Source: Verrucomicrobia bacterium UBA3869
GTDB lineage: Bacteria; Verrucomicrobiota; Verrucomicrobiia; Opitutales; UBA9783
Length of the DNA stretch: 24,576 nt
Direction of reading: 5' to 3'
Assembly (NCBI GenBank): GCA_002392285.1
Contig: DGGR01000027.1
Location: forward strand, 1-24,576
The notes under the pieces are model-generated. The model saw only the letters and a list, made by a program, of their open reading frames with translations. It did no database searches and was not told the DNA's origin. Within the stretch, counting starts at the first letter, position 1. Every line of letters starts with the position of its first letter. The position numbers were made by a program, and so were the translations under genes. Of this stretch, positions 1 to 9,351 are shown piece after piece.

Positions 1-1116
1 GCATTCCCTTAGGGTAGTTAATGTCTTTAGCAAAGCGTCAGATTTATGCGCAAAATCGATAAATACCTTGATGCCCATGGAATTTTTAACAGGCGATAAG
101 CGCTCAGGAACCCCAGTAAACGTTTGGAGTGAATCGACAACCTTGGTTAGGTCGTATCCCTGCGCGTATAAAGCTCCCAAGGCAGATAAACAATTATATA
201 CGTTAAAAGTCCCCAGAAGTTGCGTTTTGACGGTAAAATTGCCTTTGGGGGTTATTAATTTAAAGGTGGTGCCTGTATCGCTCAAACGAATATCCGTTGC
301 CTGTAAGGTTGCAGGTTGTTCAATACCCGTGGTAACTACGGATACCGTTGACGGCAGTTCTTTGATCAAGCGCTGACCATAAGGATCATCAAGATTAACA
401 ACTGCATTTCGTATAGCGTGCGAAAAGAACAGGTCACGCTTAGCTTGGTAATACGCTTCTAAGGTACGATGATAATCGATATGTTCGTAGCTTAAATTGG
501 TAAAAACCACGGTATCCAATTGAACGCCCAACAGCCGCTGTTGAATCAATCCCTGCGATGAGGCTTCCAAAACCACGTTTTTCAAACCACTATCTGCCAT
601 TTCTCTGAAATAATGATGAAGAGAAATAGCATCCGGTGTGGTATGAACGGACGGCAAAATACGTTCACCTAAATCAATATGTGGCTGGCCAACCAATCCT
701 ATTTTAACCCCAAGCCCTTCCTCATAAAGATGGCGGATAATCCAGGTTGTTGTGCTCTTCCCACAGGTACCTGTAACCCCAATGGTGCACAGCTTTTCGT
801 TGGGATTGTGATAAAACGCTGCCGCTAATTGTGCTACCGCTGCCCGCACATTTTCCACCTGAATCTGAATGATATTATCTAAATGCGGCAATATGGTTTC
901 AGTAACAATTACTTCAGCGCCATTGGAAATCGCTTCTAAAACGAAATCCTCGCCACTTTGTTTAAACCCCTGAATCGCGAAAAACATGCCATTGGGCCGC
1001 ACACATTTGCTATGCAAACTGATATTGCTGATCATAGGATCCGCTTTGGGTCCTACGTACTTCTTGATTTCGATCGCCTTCAGTAAGGTTTTTAAATTGG
1101 TAATACTATCAGACAT
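1..1116 (-). CDS. murE: UDP-N-acetylmuramoyl-tripeptide synthetase (Mur ligase MurE), N-terminal 372 codons; the C-terminus lies beyond the window start
   Basis: Not in the supplied ORF track because it runs off the window. My reverse-strand translation from the ATG (complement of 1114-1116) is open to position 1. It reads MSDSITNLKTLLKAIEIKKY..., then CTIGVTGTCGKSTTTWIIRH (Mur ligase P-loop), then ...IDFAHKSDALLKTLTTLREC (the DxAHxPDAL-like motif). It lies directly downstream of ftsI, as in dcw clusters. Confidence 0.9.
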   Translation of the reverse strand, partial: MSDSITNLKTLLKAIEIKKYVGPKADPMISNISLHSKCVRPNGMFFAIQGFKQSGEDFVLEAISNGAEVIVTETILPHLDNIIQIQVENVRAAVAQLAAAFYHNPNEKLCTIGVTGTCGKSTTTWIIRHLYEEGLGVKIGLVGQPHIDLGERILPSVHTTPDAISLHHYFREMADSGLKNVVLEASSQGLIQQRLLGVQLDTVVFTNLSYEHIDYHRTLEAYYQAKRDLFFSHAIRNAVVNLDDPYGQRLIKELPSTVSVVTTGIEQPATLQATDIRLSDTGTTFKLITPKGNFTVKTQLLGTFNVYNCLSALGALYAQGYDLTKVVDSLQTFTGVPERLSPVKNSMGIKVFIDFAHKSDALLKTLTTLREC

Positions 1117-1169
1117 ATGCAATAAATGGGGAAAGGTTAAAAATTCAGTTTGTATGTGGGGAAGCGGGT

Positions 1170-2870
1170 TCATAAGGTACTGGGCATGGGTTCAATTCCC
1201 CAATAAGCAATAATGGTTTGAGCAATTTTTCTAAAAACTGGGGCTGCAGTTACTGACCCATATGGTACCCCAACCCGAATATGGGGATTATCCAAAACAA
1301 CGGTTATGTGCACCCGAGGATTTGTATTGGGGAAAAAACCAGTAATGGAGGATACATATTCCGAATGCGAATAGCGCCCATTAATAATTTTCTGCGCTGT
1401 TCCCGTTTTGCAAGCCACATGGTAGTTTTTAATAAAGGCTTTAGAGGTATGATCCGATAGCAACATTTGACACATCAATTTCGATGTAGATGGCTTAATA
1501 ACTTCACGGCGCACTTTTGGCTCAAAGGTTTGCACAATATCCCCATCCTGATCGTAAATACGCCGTATAAACTGCGGATACATTAACTTACCTCCATTGG
1601 CAATCGCACTAACGGCGTAATGAAGTTGTAAAATGGTACAAGCTATCCCGTGTCCCATGGGTAAACGCGTAATAGTTAACCCATCCCATTGCTCAACTGG
1701 TTTAAAAATTCCATTGGTTTCGCCTTCAAGGCCTGACTGCGTACTTTGGCCAAAACCAAATTTTCTACCGTACTCGTACAGGCGTTCTTCCCCCAATTTA
1801 AATGCAATTTGCGCAGCTCCTCGATTACTCGAATGAGATAATACCTCATCGACCCGCATGAGTTGATTGAAAGGCTTCCAATCACGGGGTAAGTTACGTT
1901 TTTTCCCTTTGTAAAATGCACTCGATAAACTGCAATCGAACTGCTCGGTTGTATTGATAGCACCACAGTCTAATGCTGCGCTGATGGTAATGCTTTTATA
2001 GGTCGAACCCGGCTCAAATAAATTTACCACCGAACGATTGGTTAAGCGCTCTATGGGATAACGATTATAATGATTCGAATCAAAATACGGTACATTGACG
2101 AACGCAATCACTTCTCCGGTATAAGGATAGGTAACCAACGCTTGTGCCGATATTGCATGATACTTCTCCTTCGCTTCAACCAATATAGCTTCAATTAAAC
2201 TTTGTAGACGGTCATCAATAGTCAATTCGACCGTACAGCCATTGTTGCTATTCAACTGCTTACAGCGGCCAACCGGCAATGGTTCACGTTTCCCATTAAC
2301 CTCGTAGGTTAAATATCCCCCCTGCCCTTTCAGGTAAAATTGCATCATCTTTTCGATACCGCATACCGGCTGATTATCCTTGTTAAGAAAACCAACAATA
2401 TAGCTTAAACTGGGCGAATGTAAGTAACAACGTTGCAAAACCTTGTTTCCATACACGCCTTTAATACCTAACGCTTGAACTTTTTTATAACTCGGCTCCT
2501 TGATGTTTTTCGCAAGAGGAACCCATCGCCTATCAGAAGGAACCTTCCATAAGGCTTGGAGCTTATCAATAGGTACGGTTAAAATGTCCGCCAAGATTCC
2601 CAATTTACCCCCATCTTCTTTACGAACTTGCGTTAAATCAACTCCAACCTCATAAACAGCTAATTGATTCGCCAAACACCGACCTTTACAATCGATAATA
2701 CTACCCCGAAAGGCAGTTTCCGTTTGAACGCGCTGGCGACCCTGCTGGGTCAATTGAGCATCAATTCCACCGTATTTACCTAAATAAAACAGGCGAACGC
2801 TGATAGCCAAAAATCCAGCAATAAAGATCCCAACCAAAAAACGATAGCGGTTTTTAATCACAGGCAACAT
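1170..2870 (-). CDS. ftsI: Penicillin-binding protein 3 / peptidoglycan D,D-transpeptidase FtsI
   Basis: 566 aa with an N-terminal TM helix (FLVGIFIAGFLAISV). The transpeptidase motifs are present: SxxK (GSTYK), SxN (SSN) and KTG (ACKTGTAQK). It sits in the dcw position between the ftsL-like gene and murE. Its ATG overlaps the upstream stop (TAATG). Confidence 0.92.
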   Translation of the reverse strand: MLPVIKNRYRFLVGIFIAGFLAISVRLFYLGKYGGIDAQLTQQGRQRVQTETAFRGSIIDCKGRCLANQLAVYEVGVDLTQVRKEDGGKLGILADILTVPIDKLQALWKVPSDRRWVPLAKNIKEPSYKKVQALGIKGVYGNKVLQRCYLHSPSLSYIVGFLNKDNQPVCGIEKMMQFYLKGQGGYLTYEVNGKREPLPVGRCKQLNSNNGCTVELTIDDRLQSLIEAILVEAKEKYHAISAQALVTYPYTGEVIAFVNVPYFDSNHYNRYPIERLTNRSVVNLFEPGSTYKSITISAALDCGAINTTEQFDCSLSSAFYKGKKRNLPRDWKPFNQLMRVDEVLSHSSNRGAAQIAFKLGEERLYEYGRKFGFGQSTQSGLEGETNGIFKPVEQWDGLTITRLPMGHGIACTILQLHYAVSAIANGGKLMYPQFIRRIYDQDGDIVQTFEPKVRREVIKPSTSKLMCQMLLSDHTSKAFIKNYHVACKTGTAQKIINGRYSHSEYVSSITGFFPNTNPRVHITVVLDNPHIRVGVPYGSVTAAPVFRKIAQTIIAYWGIEPMPSTL

Positions 2871-3160
2871 TATCGGTTATAAGCAAGCATACGTGCATCC
2901 AGCTGACGTCGTTGCGGGTTTAAATAAAGTATTCGATCGGTAGCATATAACGGCAAATGAGCTTGTTTCTGGTATAAATGGGCAATGCATACATCTCCCC
3001 GATGATCATCAACGCGCAAACTTAACAGCGTACGTTCCAATTGAATATTTTGGGATTTATACCCATTGCACGCACAACGGATAATCATTAACCCCAAGGC
3101 GCAGATAAAAAATAAAATAGGTACAATAATAAATCCGTATCTTCTTTTTAATGAATTCAT
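2870..3160 (-). CDS. FtsL-like small bitopic cell-division protein
   Basis: 96 aa with a single TM helix (FIIVPILFFICALGLMII). It occupies the rsmH-ftsI slot normally held by ftsL. It has an ATGA overlap with the rsmH stop and a 1-nt overlap with the ftsI start. The call rests on position and topology only, with no sequence motif. Confidence 0.6.
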   Translation of the reverse strand: MNSLKRRYGFIIVPILFFICALGLMIIRCACNGYKSQNIQLERTLLSLRVDDHRGDVCIAHLYQKQAHLPLYATDRILYLNPQRRQLDARMLAYNR

Positions 3161-4068
3161 AACTTCCTAATAATTCTGAGTTTTGCTGAGCGAGAACGTG
3201 GATTAGATGCAATTTCCTCTTCAGATGCTCGTATCGGCTTGGTCGTAACCCGTTGCGCCTGAACAACCTTCAATTGCTGAGGACGAGCGTCATTGCGATC
3301 AATACTCCGACCACACCATTCGTTAAATTGCTTTTTCACCATGCGGTCTTCTAAAGAATGAAAAGAGATAACAGCCAATAATCCGTTGGATGTAAGTGCC
3401 TGAAATCCTGCAGTTAACCCAAGTTGTAAATGCTTCAATTCCTGATTAACCCAAATACGTAATCCTTGGAATACACGCGTTGCAAAGTGAATTCCTGGCT
3501 TTTTCGAGCGATATAAAGTCGTTTTTTCTTCTAAAAACTGAACCCATTCAGTGGTAGTGTTCCATGCTTCGTTATCCCGATAGCGCAACACCCCTTCAAC
3601 AACCGACCGCCATTGAGGTTCTTCACCATAATCTCGAATAGCTTGAGTAAGCTCTTCCTTGCTCGCTTGATGCAAAAAAGCTTGCGCTGAAATACCTTTG
3701 TCAGGATTCATGCGCATATCGAGCGGTCCCGCTTTAGAAAATGAAAATCCTCGTTGTGCGCAATCTAACTGAAAGGAAGATAGACCTAAATCAAACAATA
3801 TGCCGGTAAAGGTTAACTGCAGGGTTCCTAGCTCTGAAAAATTAATTCCGTGAAACGTAAAACGATCACCAAAACGTTGTTTTAAGGCAACCGATCGACT
3901 TTTCGCTTCTGGATCTTGATCAAGCGCAACAATGGATAGGTCAGGATTGGCCTCTAGTAAAGCTTGGCTATGCCCTCCCCCACCGAACGTCCCATCCAGC
4001 AATATTCCCTGTTGCCCCTGGAAAAATCGGAGAATACTTTGGCATAAAACGGGGATATGGCCTTCCAT
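3157..4068 (-). CDS. rsmH: 16S rRNA (cytosine1402-N4)-methyltransferase RsmH (MraW)
   Basis: 303 aa. Motifs include HIPVL, DGTFGGGGHS, DLGLSSFQLD, RGFSF..GPLDMRM, SFHSLEDR and NPRSRSAKLR. Confidence 0.95.
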   Translation of the reverse strand: MEGHIPVLCQSILRFFQGQQGILLDGTFGGGGHSQALLEANPDLSIVALDQDPEAKSRSVALKQRFGDRFTFHGINFSELGTLQLTFTGILFDLGLSSFQLDCAQRGFSFSKAGPLDMRMNPDKGISAQAFLHQASKEELTQAIRDYGEEPQWRSVVEGVLRYRDNEAWNTTTEWVQFLEEKTTLYRSKKPGIHFATRVFQGLRIWVNQELKHLQLGLTAGFQALTSNGLLAVISFHSLEDRMVKKQFNEWCGRSIDRNDARPQQLKVVQAQRVTTKPIRASEEEIASNPRSRSAKLRIIRKL

Positions 4069-4073
4069 AACGT

Positions 4074-4532
4074 TTATAACCCTAATTGTTGCAATAAACG
4101 GCTCATTTCGTTGTTCTCATCAAATGAGCTCGTGTTGTAAGCGCTATAACGCTCTGGATCCCAAATATTACACGTAACGTAACTACCTACCCATAATGCA
4201 TCTTTTTGAATATCCGCATGGATAATCAGTTTTTCGGATAACGTAATACGTCCTTGTTTGTCACATACGAAGGTATCTGCTTGAGAAAACAGCTTCGACA
4301 ATACCTTTTGCCCTTTAATATCTCCCAAGCTTATCTCCGCTACCTTTTCTTCGAGACGCGCAATCATTTTTGGCGGATACAACGTAATACACCCTATCGG
4401 ATTGGGGAGGGCTAAAAAATTAGTTTCGTCATCTGAACGCCACTTTGCAGGCACAAATAACCGGTTCTTCGCATCTACTTGATGCGAAAATTCACCAACA
4501 AAAATATGGCTCAAGGTACTCACCGAACCCAC
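4074..4532 (-). CDS. mraZ: Transcriptional regulator MraZ
   Basis: 152 aa with two DxxxR-type MraZ/SpoVT-AbrB repeats (QVDAKNRLFVPAKWR and CDKQGRITLSEKL). It is the first gene of the dcw cluster. The track start at 4532 is GTG. An in-frame TTG at 4514 (giving MSHIFVGEF...) is an equally plausible start. Confidence 0.9.
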   Translation of the reverse strand: MGSVSTLSHIFVGEFSHQVDAKNRLFVPAKWRSDDETNFLALPNPIGCITLYPPKMIARLEEKVAEISLGDIKGQKVLSKLFSQADTFVCDKQGRITLSEKLIIHADIQKDALWVGSYVTCNIWDPERYSAYNTSSFDENNEMSRLLQQLGL

Positions 4533-4542
4533 CTATATTATT

Positions 4543-4597
4543 CCACCACTTTGAATATATTTTACACCTAAATCAACCACTTTACACCACCTGTCAA
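4543..4597 (-). promoter_or_regulatory. Candidate MraZ operator / dcw promoter region: a cluster of GTGG-containing direct repeats next to a TTGACA hexamer
   Basis: On the minus strand this reads GTTGACAGGTGGTGTAAAGTGGTTGATTTAGGTGTAAAATATATTCAAAGTGGTGG. AAAGTGG occurs twice, 31 bp apart (plus strand ccacttt at 4546-4552 and 4577-4583). GGTGTAAA occurs twice, 20 bp apart (plus strand tttacacc at 4561-4568 and 4581-4588). TTGACA is the complement of 4592-4597. I could not find a convincing -10 hexamer at 17 bp spacing. Confidence 0.35.
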
Positions 4598-4686
4598 CAA
4601 AAATTTTTATATTTTTATGTGTAAAATCGCTTGCTTTAACGGAGGGGAATCGGTACTTTAATAGGCAATATAGGACAAATCCCCCC

Positions 4687-5361
4687 ATGGAAGCTTATTT
4701 CACGTTAATCCTGTTCCCGTTGTTTATTGGTATTTGGGCACAAATAAAAATTCATTCTAAATACACCAAGTGGTCGCAGGTACACTCATCCAAAGGATTA
4801 CGCGGTGTTGATGCAGCTGCAGCGGTAATGGAACAAGCCGGCATTCATGATGTAGAAATTGTGTGCATCGAAGGAAAGTTAACGGATCACTACGATCCAG
4901 TGCATCGACGTTTGGCCTTAAGCAGAGATAACTACAATGGTACTTCCTTGGCAGCCTTAGGAGTAGCCGCTCATGAAGCTGGGCATGCCATTCAACATAA
5001 AGAAGCCTATAAACCCCTCAAGTTACGTTCAGCGCTTATTCCTATTACCAACTTTTCTTGTCAGATCTTGCCCTTTGTTTTGATGGGCGGTTTTATACTG
5101 AACCTATTTGGACTCATTAAGCTGGCAGTTTTTATTTATCTGATTTTAACGGTATTTCAATTGGTAACCCTGCCGGTTGAATTTGATGCAAGTGCGCGCG
5201 CAAAAAAGCTGCTATTGCGCTTATCCATCATTGATTCAAACGAATCAGTCGGTGTGTGCGAAACCCTCAATGCAGCTGCGTTTACCTATGTAGCAGCCTT
5301 TATTGCTTCATTGGGTCAGCTCATGTACTATTTCATGCTTTCCCAAAGGCGCAATGACTAA
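4687..5361 (+). CDS. Membrane zinc metallopeptidase, YugP-like (Zn_peptidase_2 family)
   Basis: 224 aa with N- and C-terminal TM helices and an HExxH motif ([11 protein letters not shown]). The DHYDP..R.L.LS segment is typical of this family. Confidence 0.8.
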   Translation: MEAYFTLILFPLFIGIWAQIKIHSKYTKWSQVHSSKGLRGVDAAAAVMEQAGIHDVEIVCIEGKLTDHYDPVHRRLALSRDNYNGTSLAALGVAAHEAGHAIQHKEAYKPLKLRSALIPITNFSCQILPFVLMGGFILNLFGLIKLAVFIYLILTVFQLVTLPVEFDASARAKKLLLRLSIIDSNESVGVCETLNAAAFTYVAAFIASLGQLMYYFMLSQRRND

Positions 5362-5941
5362 TCAACAACGATGGACTTGGGACCGCAAAAATCCCAGTGG
5401 ATGGCAATTGGATAGCGAAGAAGTCCTATCACGAGATTATTATTTTGGTGCAATACTATCCCGCAAAGCTCATAGAGGTTCGCAGTCGATTAACTTTAAC
5501 ATTATCGATGCAAAAGATTTTGTGCAGTGCATTGCAGTTACGAAAGATAATAACCTCGTACTGGTTAGCCAATTCCGTCCTGGCAACAAAGGATTAACTT
5601 TAGAGGTACCTGGCGGTGCCATTGAGCCAGGCGAACAGCCAATTGTTGCTGCAGAACGCGAATTAAGAGAAGAAAGCGGATACACCGGTGATAAGCCTGT
5701 ATTACTATGGTCGGGTTTTGGAAATCCAGCTTTAGGTACGGCTCATGCATTTTATTACTTAATTCGCAATTGCCTAAAAAGCCACGATACGTGTTTTGAC
5801 CCAACCGAGGATTTAGCAACCTACTTGTTGCCGATAAATCAATTAGACAACGTTCTAGACGATGATACCTTTTGCCATGCAATCACGGTTACCGGCCTTT
5901 TGTTGTTTCAGCGGTGGCTGCACCGGAATCCTGAAAGCTGA
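5354..5941 (+). CDS. NUDIX hydrolase (ADP-ribose pyrophosphatase-like)
   Basis: Nudix box [24 protein letters not shown] (Gx5Ex7REUxEExGU). I prefer the ATG at 5354 (MTNQQRW...), which overlaps the upstream stop as ATGACTAA. The track start at 5303 would lie deep inside the peptidase gene. Confidence 0.85.
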   Translation: MTNQQRWTWDRKNPSGWQLDSEEVLSRDYYFGAILSRKAHRGSQSINFNIIDAKDFVQCIAVTKDNNLVLVSQFRPGNKGLTLEVPGGAIEPGEQPIVAAERELREESGYTGDKPVLLWSGFGNPALGTAHAFYYLIRNCLKSHDTCFDPTEDLATYLLPINQLDNVLDDDTFCHAITVTGLLLFQRWLHRNPES

Positions 5942-6636
5942 AACGGAGCAAAATCAGGCTCGCAGTAAGCTTCAAAGTGCAATTCATCAATTTTGATTTC
6001 CGCAGCATGTAAATAAAGCCGCTGTGCCTGTAATCTACGATTCCAGTTAAACTGACCGTAAGTTTTATCCCCTAAAATCGGAAAGCCATGTGTTGCACAT
6101 TGGATACGCAGTTGATGCGTACGACCAGTAACGGGTCTTAACCGCACCAAGCTGATAACCTCCTGCTCAAAGCGTAGGGTTTCTAACCAAGTGACTTGCG
6201 TTTTGGCAGTTATCCCTTTGTGCGGGACACAGCGAGCTCTTAAGTGCTGCTGCGTTTTAGAAGTCTTAACAACCACTAACTGATCTTCCCACCACATCTG
6301 TTTAGGCACCGATCCTTTTACCAGTGCATAATACGCTTTATACACTTTGCGATCCCTAAATAGCGTACGGATTTTTTGCGCAAGTTTTAGCTCTAAACAC
6401 AATAATACCAAGCCAGATGTCGGGCTATCTAATCGATTCAATAAATAGATAGAATTCCCATTGCATCGGTAAGCTTCCGCCTGAAAATCATAAGGAGCTA
6501 CCATTAAACTGTTATTGCACACCCCATCTTTATTAGGATGCGACAATACCCCATGGGGCTTATAAACAGCTAAAAGCCCATCAGATTGTTGGATGATCGA
6601 TACGTTAGGATGAAAAAAGGTAGAATAGTTAAGCAA
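5908..6636 (-). CDS. RluA-family pseudouridine synthase (no S4 domain)
   Basis: 242 aa with [13 protein letters not shown], the catalytic-Asp motif [13 protein letters not shown] and [23 protein letters not shown]. The start is TTG at 6636, 2 nt after the upstream stop. The RNA target cannot be assigned from sequence. Confidence 0.85.
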   Translation of the reverse strand: MLNYSTFFHPNVSIIQQSDGLLAVYKPHGVLSHPNKDGVCNNSLMVAPYDFQAEAYRCNGNSIYLLNRLDSPTSGLVLLCLELKLAQKIRTLFRDRKVYKAYYALVKGSVPKQMWWEDQLVVVKTSKTQQHLRARCVPHKGITAKTQVTWLETLRFEQEVISLVRLRPVTGRTHQLRIQCATHGFPILGDKTYGQFNWNRRLQAQRLYLHAAEIKIDELHFEAYCEPDFAPFQLSGFRCSHR

Positions 6637-6638
6637 GA

Positions 6639-7853
6639 CTATAAAACCTTTATTTCAGGAACGAGCATAATCCATTGCTTACCCGCTTGCTTAAACTGAT
6701 GCTCTTTTGCAAACACCTCTTGCGCATGATTCCAAATGAATAATAGCGCATAATCAGCATCCTTTGCCCAATCATTATTAAAAGCGCGTACAGGGACATG
6801 CTTACCGGGGCTAAATCTCCCCTGTTTCAAAGGCGCTGAATCATGGATGCAATCAATGGTTTCAGTCCCTATATCACAGTAATTAAGCACAGTAGTGCTT
6901 TTTGCTGGAGCTCCATACCCGACAATCCGTTTATGTTGAGCTTTTAAATCGCTTAATAAACGAATGGTATGCGCTTTATGCTGTTCACATTGTTTAGCGA
7001 AATTCAAATACGTTTCCAATTGATTCAGCTTCAACTCATTGTTTTCCTTCGCTTCAAATTGTAACGCACTTTGCTCTATCGGATGTTGACCCTTAAATCC
7101 AATAAAATAACGAATCGAACCACCATAGGTTGGATAAGTTTCAATATGGAACAGCTCCATACCCACTTGTTTGAAAATAAACTTTATCGAATTAAAGCTA
7201 AAAAGGTAACGATGCTCGTCATAAATTTGATCATAAGCTATCTGGGTAATAACATTTCCTAAATAAGGATCCTCAAATACAAATACGCCATCTTGTTTTA
7301 ACAAATGCTTAATACCAAGCGCCACATCGTTCATATTGCCGAAGTGGACATTTGCAACCGAAATTAAGTCCGCCTTACCGTATTGATTGGCAATAGCTTG
7401 AGCACTTGTGCTATTAAACAATGTCACTTCAGTTTGAACCCCCCGATTCATAGCAATTTCTGCTACATTGGCAGAAGGTTCTATCCCTAAATGGCGTATA
7501 TTCCTTGCAGCAATATGGCATAACATACTGCCATCATTACTTCCAATCTCAACGATAAATGGATTAGCCTTTTGTTTTAACCAATGCTCACAATACGATT
7601 GAGCCATTGCTTCAAAATGTTTGGTCATTACCTGAGATCCCGATGTTTGAAAGGAATAATGATCATGGAACAACTGGCGGTCTTCAGGTAAATAAAGCAA
7701 TTGGAAACTTTTGCAATGTTCACAAAACCCAACAGCCAATTCAAAAAAATATTCATTGCTAAATTGGTCTTCTGTTAAAAAAGCATTAGCAATCGGCATC
7801 TGACCAAATGAATGAATTGGAGTTACCGTATGATCACAAATTTTACATTTCAT
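6639..7853 (-). CDS. NDP-hexose C-methyltransferase (TylCIII/NovU/TcaB9-type; zinc-finger + class I SAM MTase + C-terminal C-methyltransferase domain)
   Basis: 404 aa. It has an N-terminal four-Cys zinc site (MKCKIC...CEHC) and a SAM-binding region (IVEIGSNDGS). It also has YDQIYDEHRYLFS, IVGYGAPAKSTTVLNYCDIG, DSAPLKQGRFSPGKHVPV and LLFIWNHAQEV. Together these match the architecture of sugar C-methyltransferases as I recall it. Confidence 0.8.
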   Translation of the reverse strand: MKCKICDHTVTPIHSFGQMPIANAFLTEDQFSNEYFFELAVGFCEHCKSFQLLYLPEDRQLFHDHYSFQTSGSQVMTKHFEAMAQSYCEHWLKQKANPFIVEIGSNDGSMLCHIAARNIRHLGIEPSANVAEIAMNRGVQTEVTLFNSTSAQAIANQYGKADLISVANVHFGNMNDVALGIKHLLKQDGVFVFEDPYLGNVITQIAYDQIYDEHRYLFSFNSIKFIFKQVGMELFHIETYPTYGGSIRYFIGFKGQHPIEQSALQFEAKENNELKLNQLETYLNFAKQCEQHKAHTIRLLSDLKAQHKRIVGYGAPAKSTTVLNYCDIGTETIDCIHDSAPLKQGRFSPGKHVPVRAFNNDWAKDADYALLFIWNHAQEVFAKEHQFKQAGKQWIMLVPEIKVL

Positions 7854-7873
7854 AGATTGATAATGAAATCGGA

Positions 7874-8395
7874 CTACCTTTCAAAAAGGGGATAAGCTTT
7901 ATCTTTATCGTTTAAAATAAGGTTATTTATCTTCGGCCATTTGATTGCAAACGCTGGGTCATCATAGCGAGCCCCTATTTCTTCTTTCGGATTATAAGCG
8001 CGTGAGCATTTATAGTGAAATAACGCATGATCACTCAAAATCAAGGAACCATGCAAAAAACCTTCAGGAATAAGTACCTGTTGCGCTGTTTTTTCACTTA
8101 AAATAATGGAAAAATATTGCTTAAAAGTTTTGGAATTCGGACGAATGTCAACCGCTACATCAAAAGCTTCGCCTAAGACCACTTGTACCAATTTACTTTG
8201 TCCCGCTTGACCATGTAATCCACGCAGAACATTGGCACTAGAATAAGAAACGTCATCTTGTACAAAATGTGTTGAAATTCCAGCCTCTCTGTAACGATTT
8301 TCTTGGTACGTCTCGTAAAATCTTCCACGATGATCCGTATGCACATCGGGAGTAATCACGTACAAACCATCAAATTTAGTGGGTGTTACTTGCAT
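7874..8395 (-). CDS. rfbC: dTDP-4-dehydrorhamnose 3,5-epimerase-like cupin (RmlC family)
   Basis: 173 aa with HTDHRGRFYE, VLRGLHGQ, KLVQVVLGEAFDVAVDIRPNSKTF, IPEGFLHG and YKCSRAYNPKEE. Whether it is a 3,5-, 3- or 5-epimerase cannot be told from sequence. Confidence 0.85.
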   Translation of the reverse strand: MQVTPTKFDGLYVITPDVHTDHRGRFYETYQENRYREAGISTHFVQDDVSYSSANVLRGLHGQAGQSKLVQVVLGEAFDVAVDIRPNSKTFKQYFSIILSEKTAQQVLIPEGFLHGSLILSDHALFHYKCSRAYNPKEEIGARYDDPAFAIKWPKINNLILNDKDKAYPLFER

Positions 8396-9272
8396 TGGTT
8401 TCGTTAAAAAATTTTATTAGCGTCTTTTTATATACCCCATTAGGCATATCTGCAACCTGCCGTTCGAATTGTTGAACAGAGATAAAATGTTGCCTTAATG
8501 CGATTTCCTCTAGCGATGCTACCAATAATCCTTGTTTAGTTTCAATGGTTCTTACAAAATTTCCAACCTCCAAAAGGTCATCTGGGTTACCGGTATCATA
8601 CCAAGTAAACCCACGTCCAAATTGCGAATAACTTATAGTATCATTCGTTTGATATTTTCTAATCAAATCAACTATCTCAAGTTCATTACGCTGAGAAGGA
8701 TGTAGCTGCTTTGCATACACTGTCGCATTACCATCAAAAATGTACAACCCGATAATCCCCAAATGTGATTGTGAATTCTGGGGTTTTTCCACGATTGATT
8801 GAATGGAACCGTGAGCATCTACTGTCATAATGCCATAAGCACTAGGATCTTCAACATGATGCACAAATAAATGAGCACCTGAAGCTTGCTGAATCGCTGT
8901 TTGCAATACGTTAGACAAATCAGCACCATACAAAAAATTATCCCCTAGCACCAACATACAAGGTTCGTTTTGTAGGAAGGTTTCGCCAACGATAAACGCA
9001 TCAGGTAATCCCCTTGGTGCTTGTTGAATTGCGTACGAACAATGAATACCTAATCGCTCTCCATCTCCGAGTAATTCTTGAATAGTTGAACGATCTTTTT
9101 CGGTTGAAATGATTAAAATATCACGGATGCCGGCTAACATTAAAAGCGACAAAGGATAGTATAATACGGGTTTATTGTACAAAGGAAATAATTGTTTATT
9201 AGCAGCAATAGTTAAGGGATACAAACGAGATCCAGTTCCTCCTGCTAAAATAATACCTTTCGTAACTTTCAT
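8376..9272 (-). CDS. rfbA: Glucose-1-phosphate thymidylyltransferase RmlA
   Basis: MKVTKGIILAGGTGSRLYPLT..KQL.P.Y.KP..YYPLS.LMLAGIRDILIIST is near-collinear with E. coli RfbA as I recall it. I prefer the ATG at 9272 over the TTG at 9305 used in the track. Its 3' end overlaps the rmlC start by 20 nt. Confidence 0.93.
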   Translation of the reverse strand: MKVTKGIILAGGTGSRLYPLTIAANKQLFPLYNKPVLYYPLSLLMLAGIRDILIISTEKDRSTIQELLGDGERLGIHCSYAIQQAPRGLPDAFIVGETFLQNEPCMLVLGDNFLYGADLSNVLQTAIQQASGAHLFVHHVEDPSAYGIMTVDAHGSIQSIVEKPQNSQSHLGIIGLYIFDGNATVYAKQLHPSQRNELEIVDLIRKYQTNDTISYSQFGRGFTWYDTGNPDDLLEVGNFVRTIETKQGLLVASLEEIALRQHFISVQQFERQVADMPNGVYKKTLIKFFNETNASNTH

Positions 9273-9351
9273 GATAGTCGTTACAACCTCTAAAACCTTA
9301 AACAATTTTCTTTAACACAACAACCTAATTCACAACCGATACGTTAAAGAT

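Noticed and set aside
1117-1169. Repeated TTCCCCA heptamer (x2) in the ftsI-murE spacer, and C-rich tracts just upstream of several start codons
   Set aside because: The repeats are very short and imperfect in context. I cannot distinguish them from chance without genome-wide statistics.
68-1213. Plus-strand ORFs 68-376 and 986-1213
   Set aside because: Both are antisense to the clearly homologous murE reading frame. The second also spans the murE/ftsI junction. Neither has recognisable motifs.
1633-1966. ORFs 1633-1836 (+) and 1676-1966 (-) inside ftsI
   Set aside because: They are alternative-frame or antisense ORFs nested in a gene with intact PBP motifs. Their composition is low-complexity and they have no motifs.
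3057-3266. 69-aa minus-strand ORF overlapping the ftsL-like gene and the rsmH 3' end
   Set aside because: It is out of frame with two better-supported, translationally coupled genes. It is most likely spurious.
4617-4661. A 14-codon ORF (MCKIACFNGGESVL) and a strong GGAGGGG at 4641-4647 in the mraZ/peptidase intergenic region
   Set aside because: The GGAGG is 41 nt from the peptidase ATG and has no start codon at a functional distance. The mini-ORF has no SD of its own. Both are probably chance features of a promoter region.
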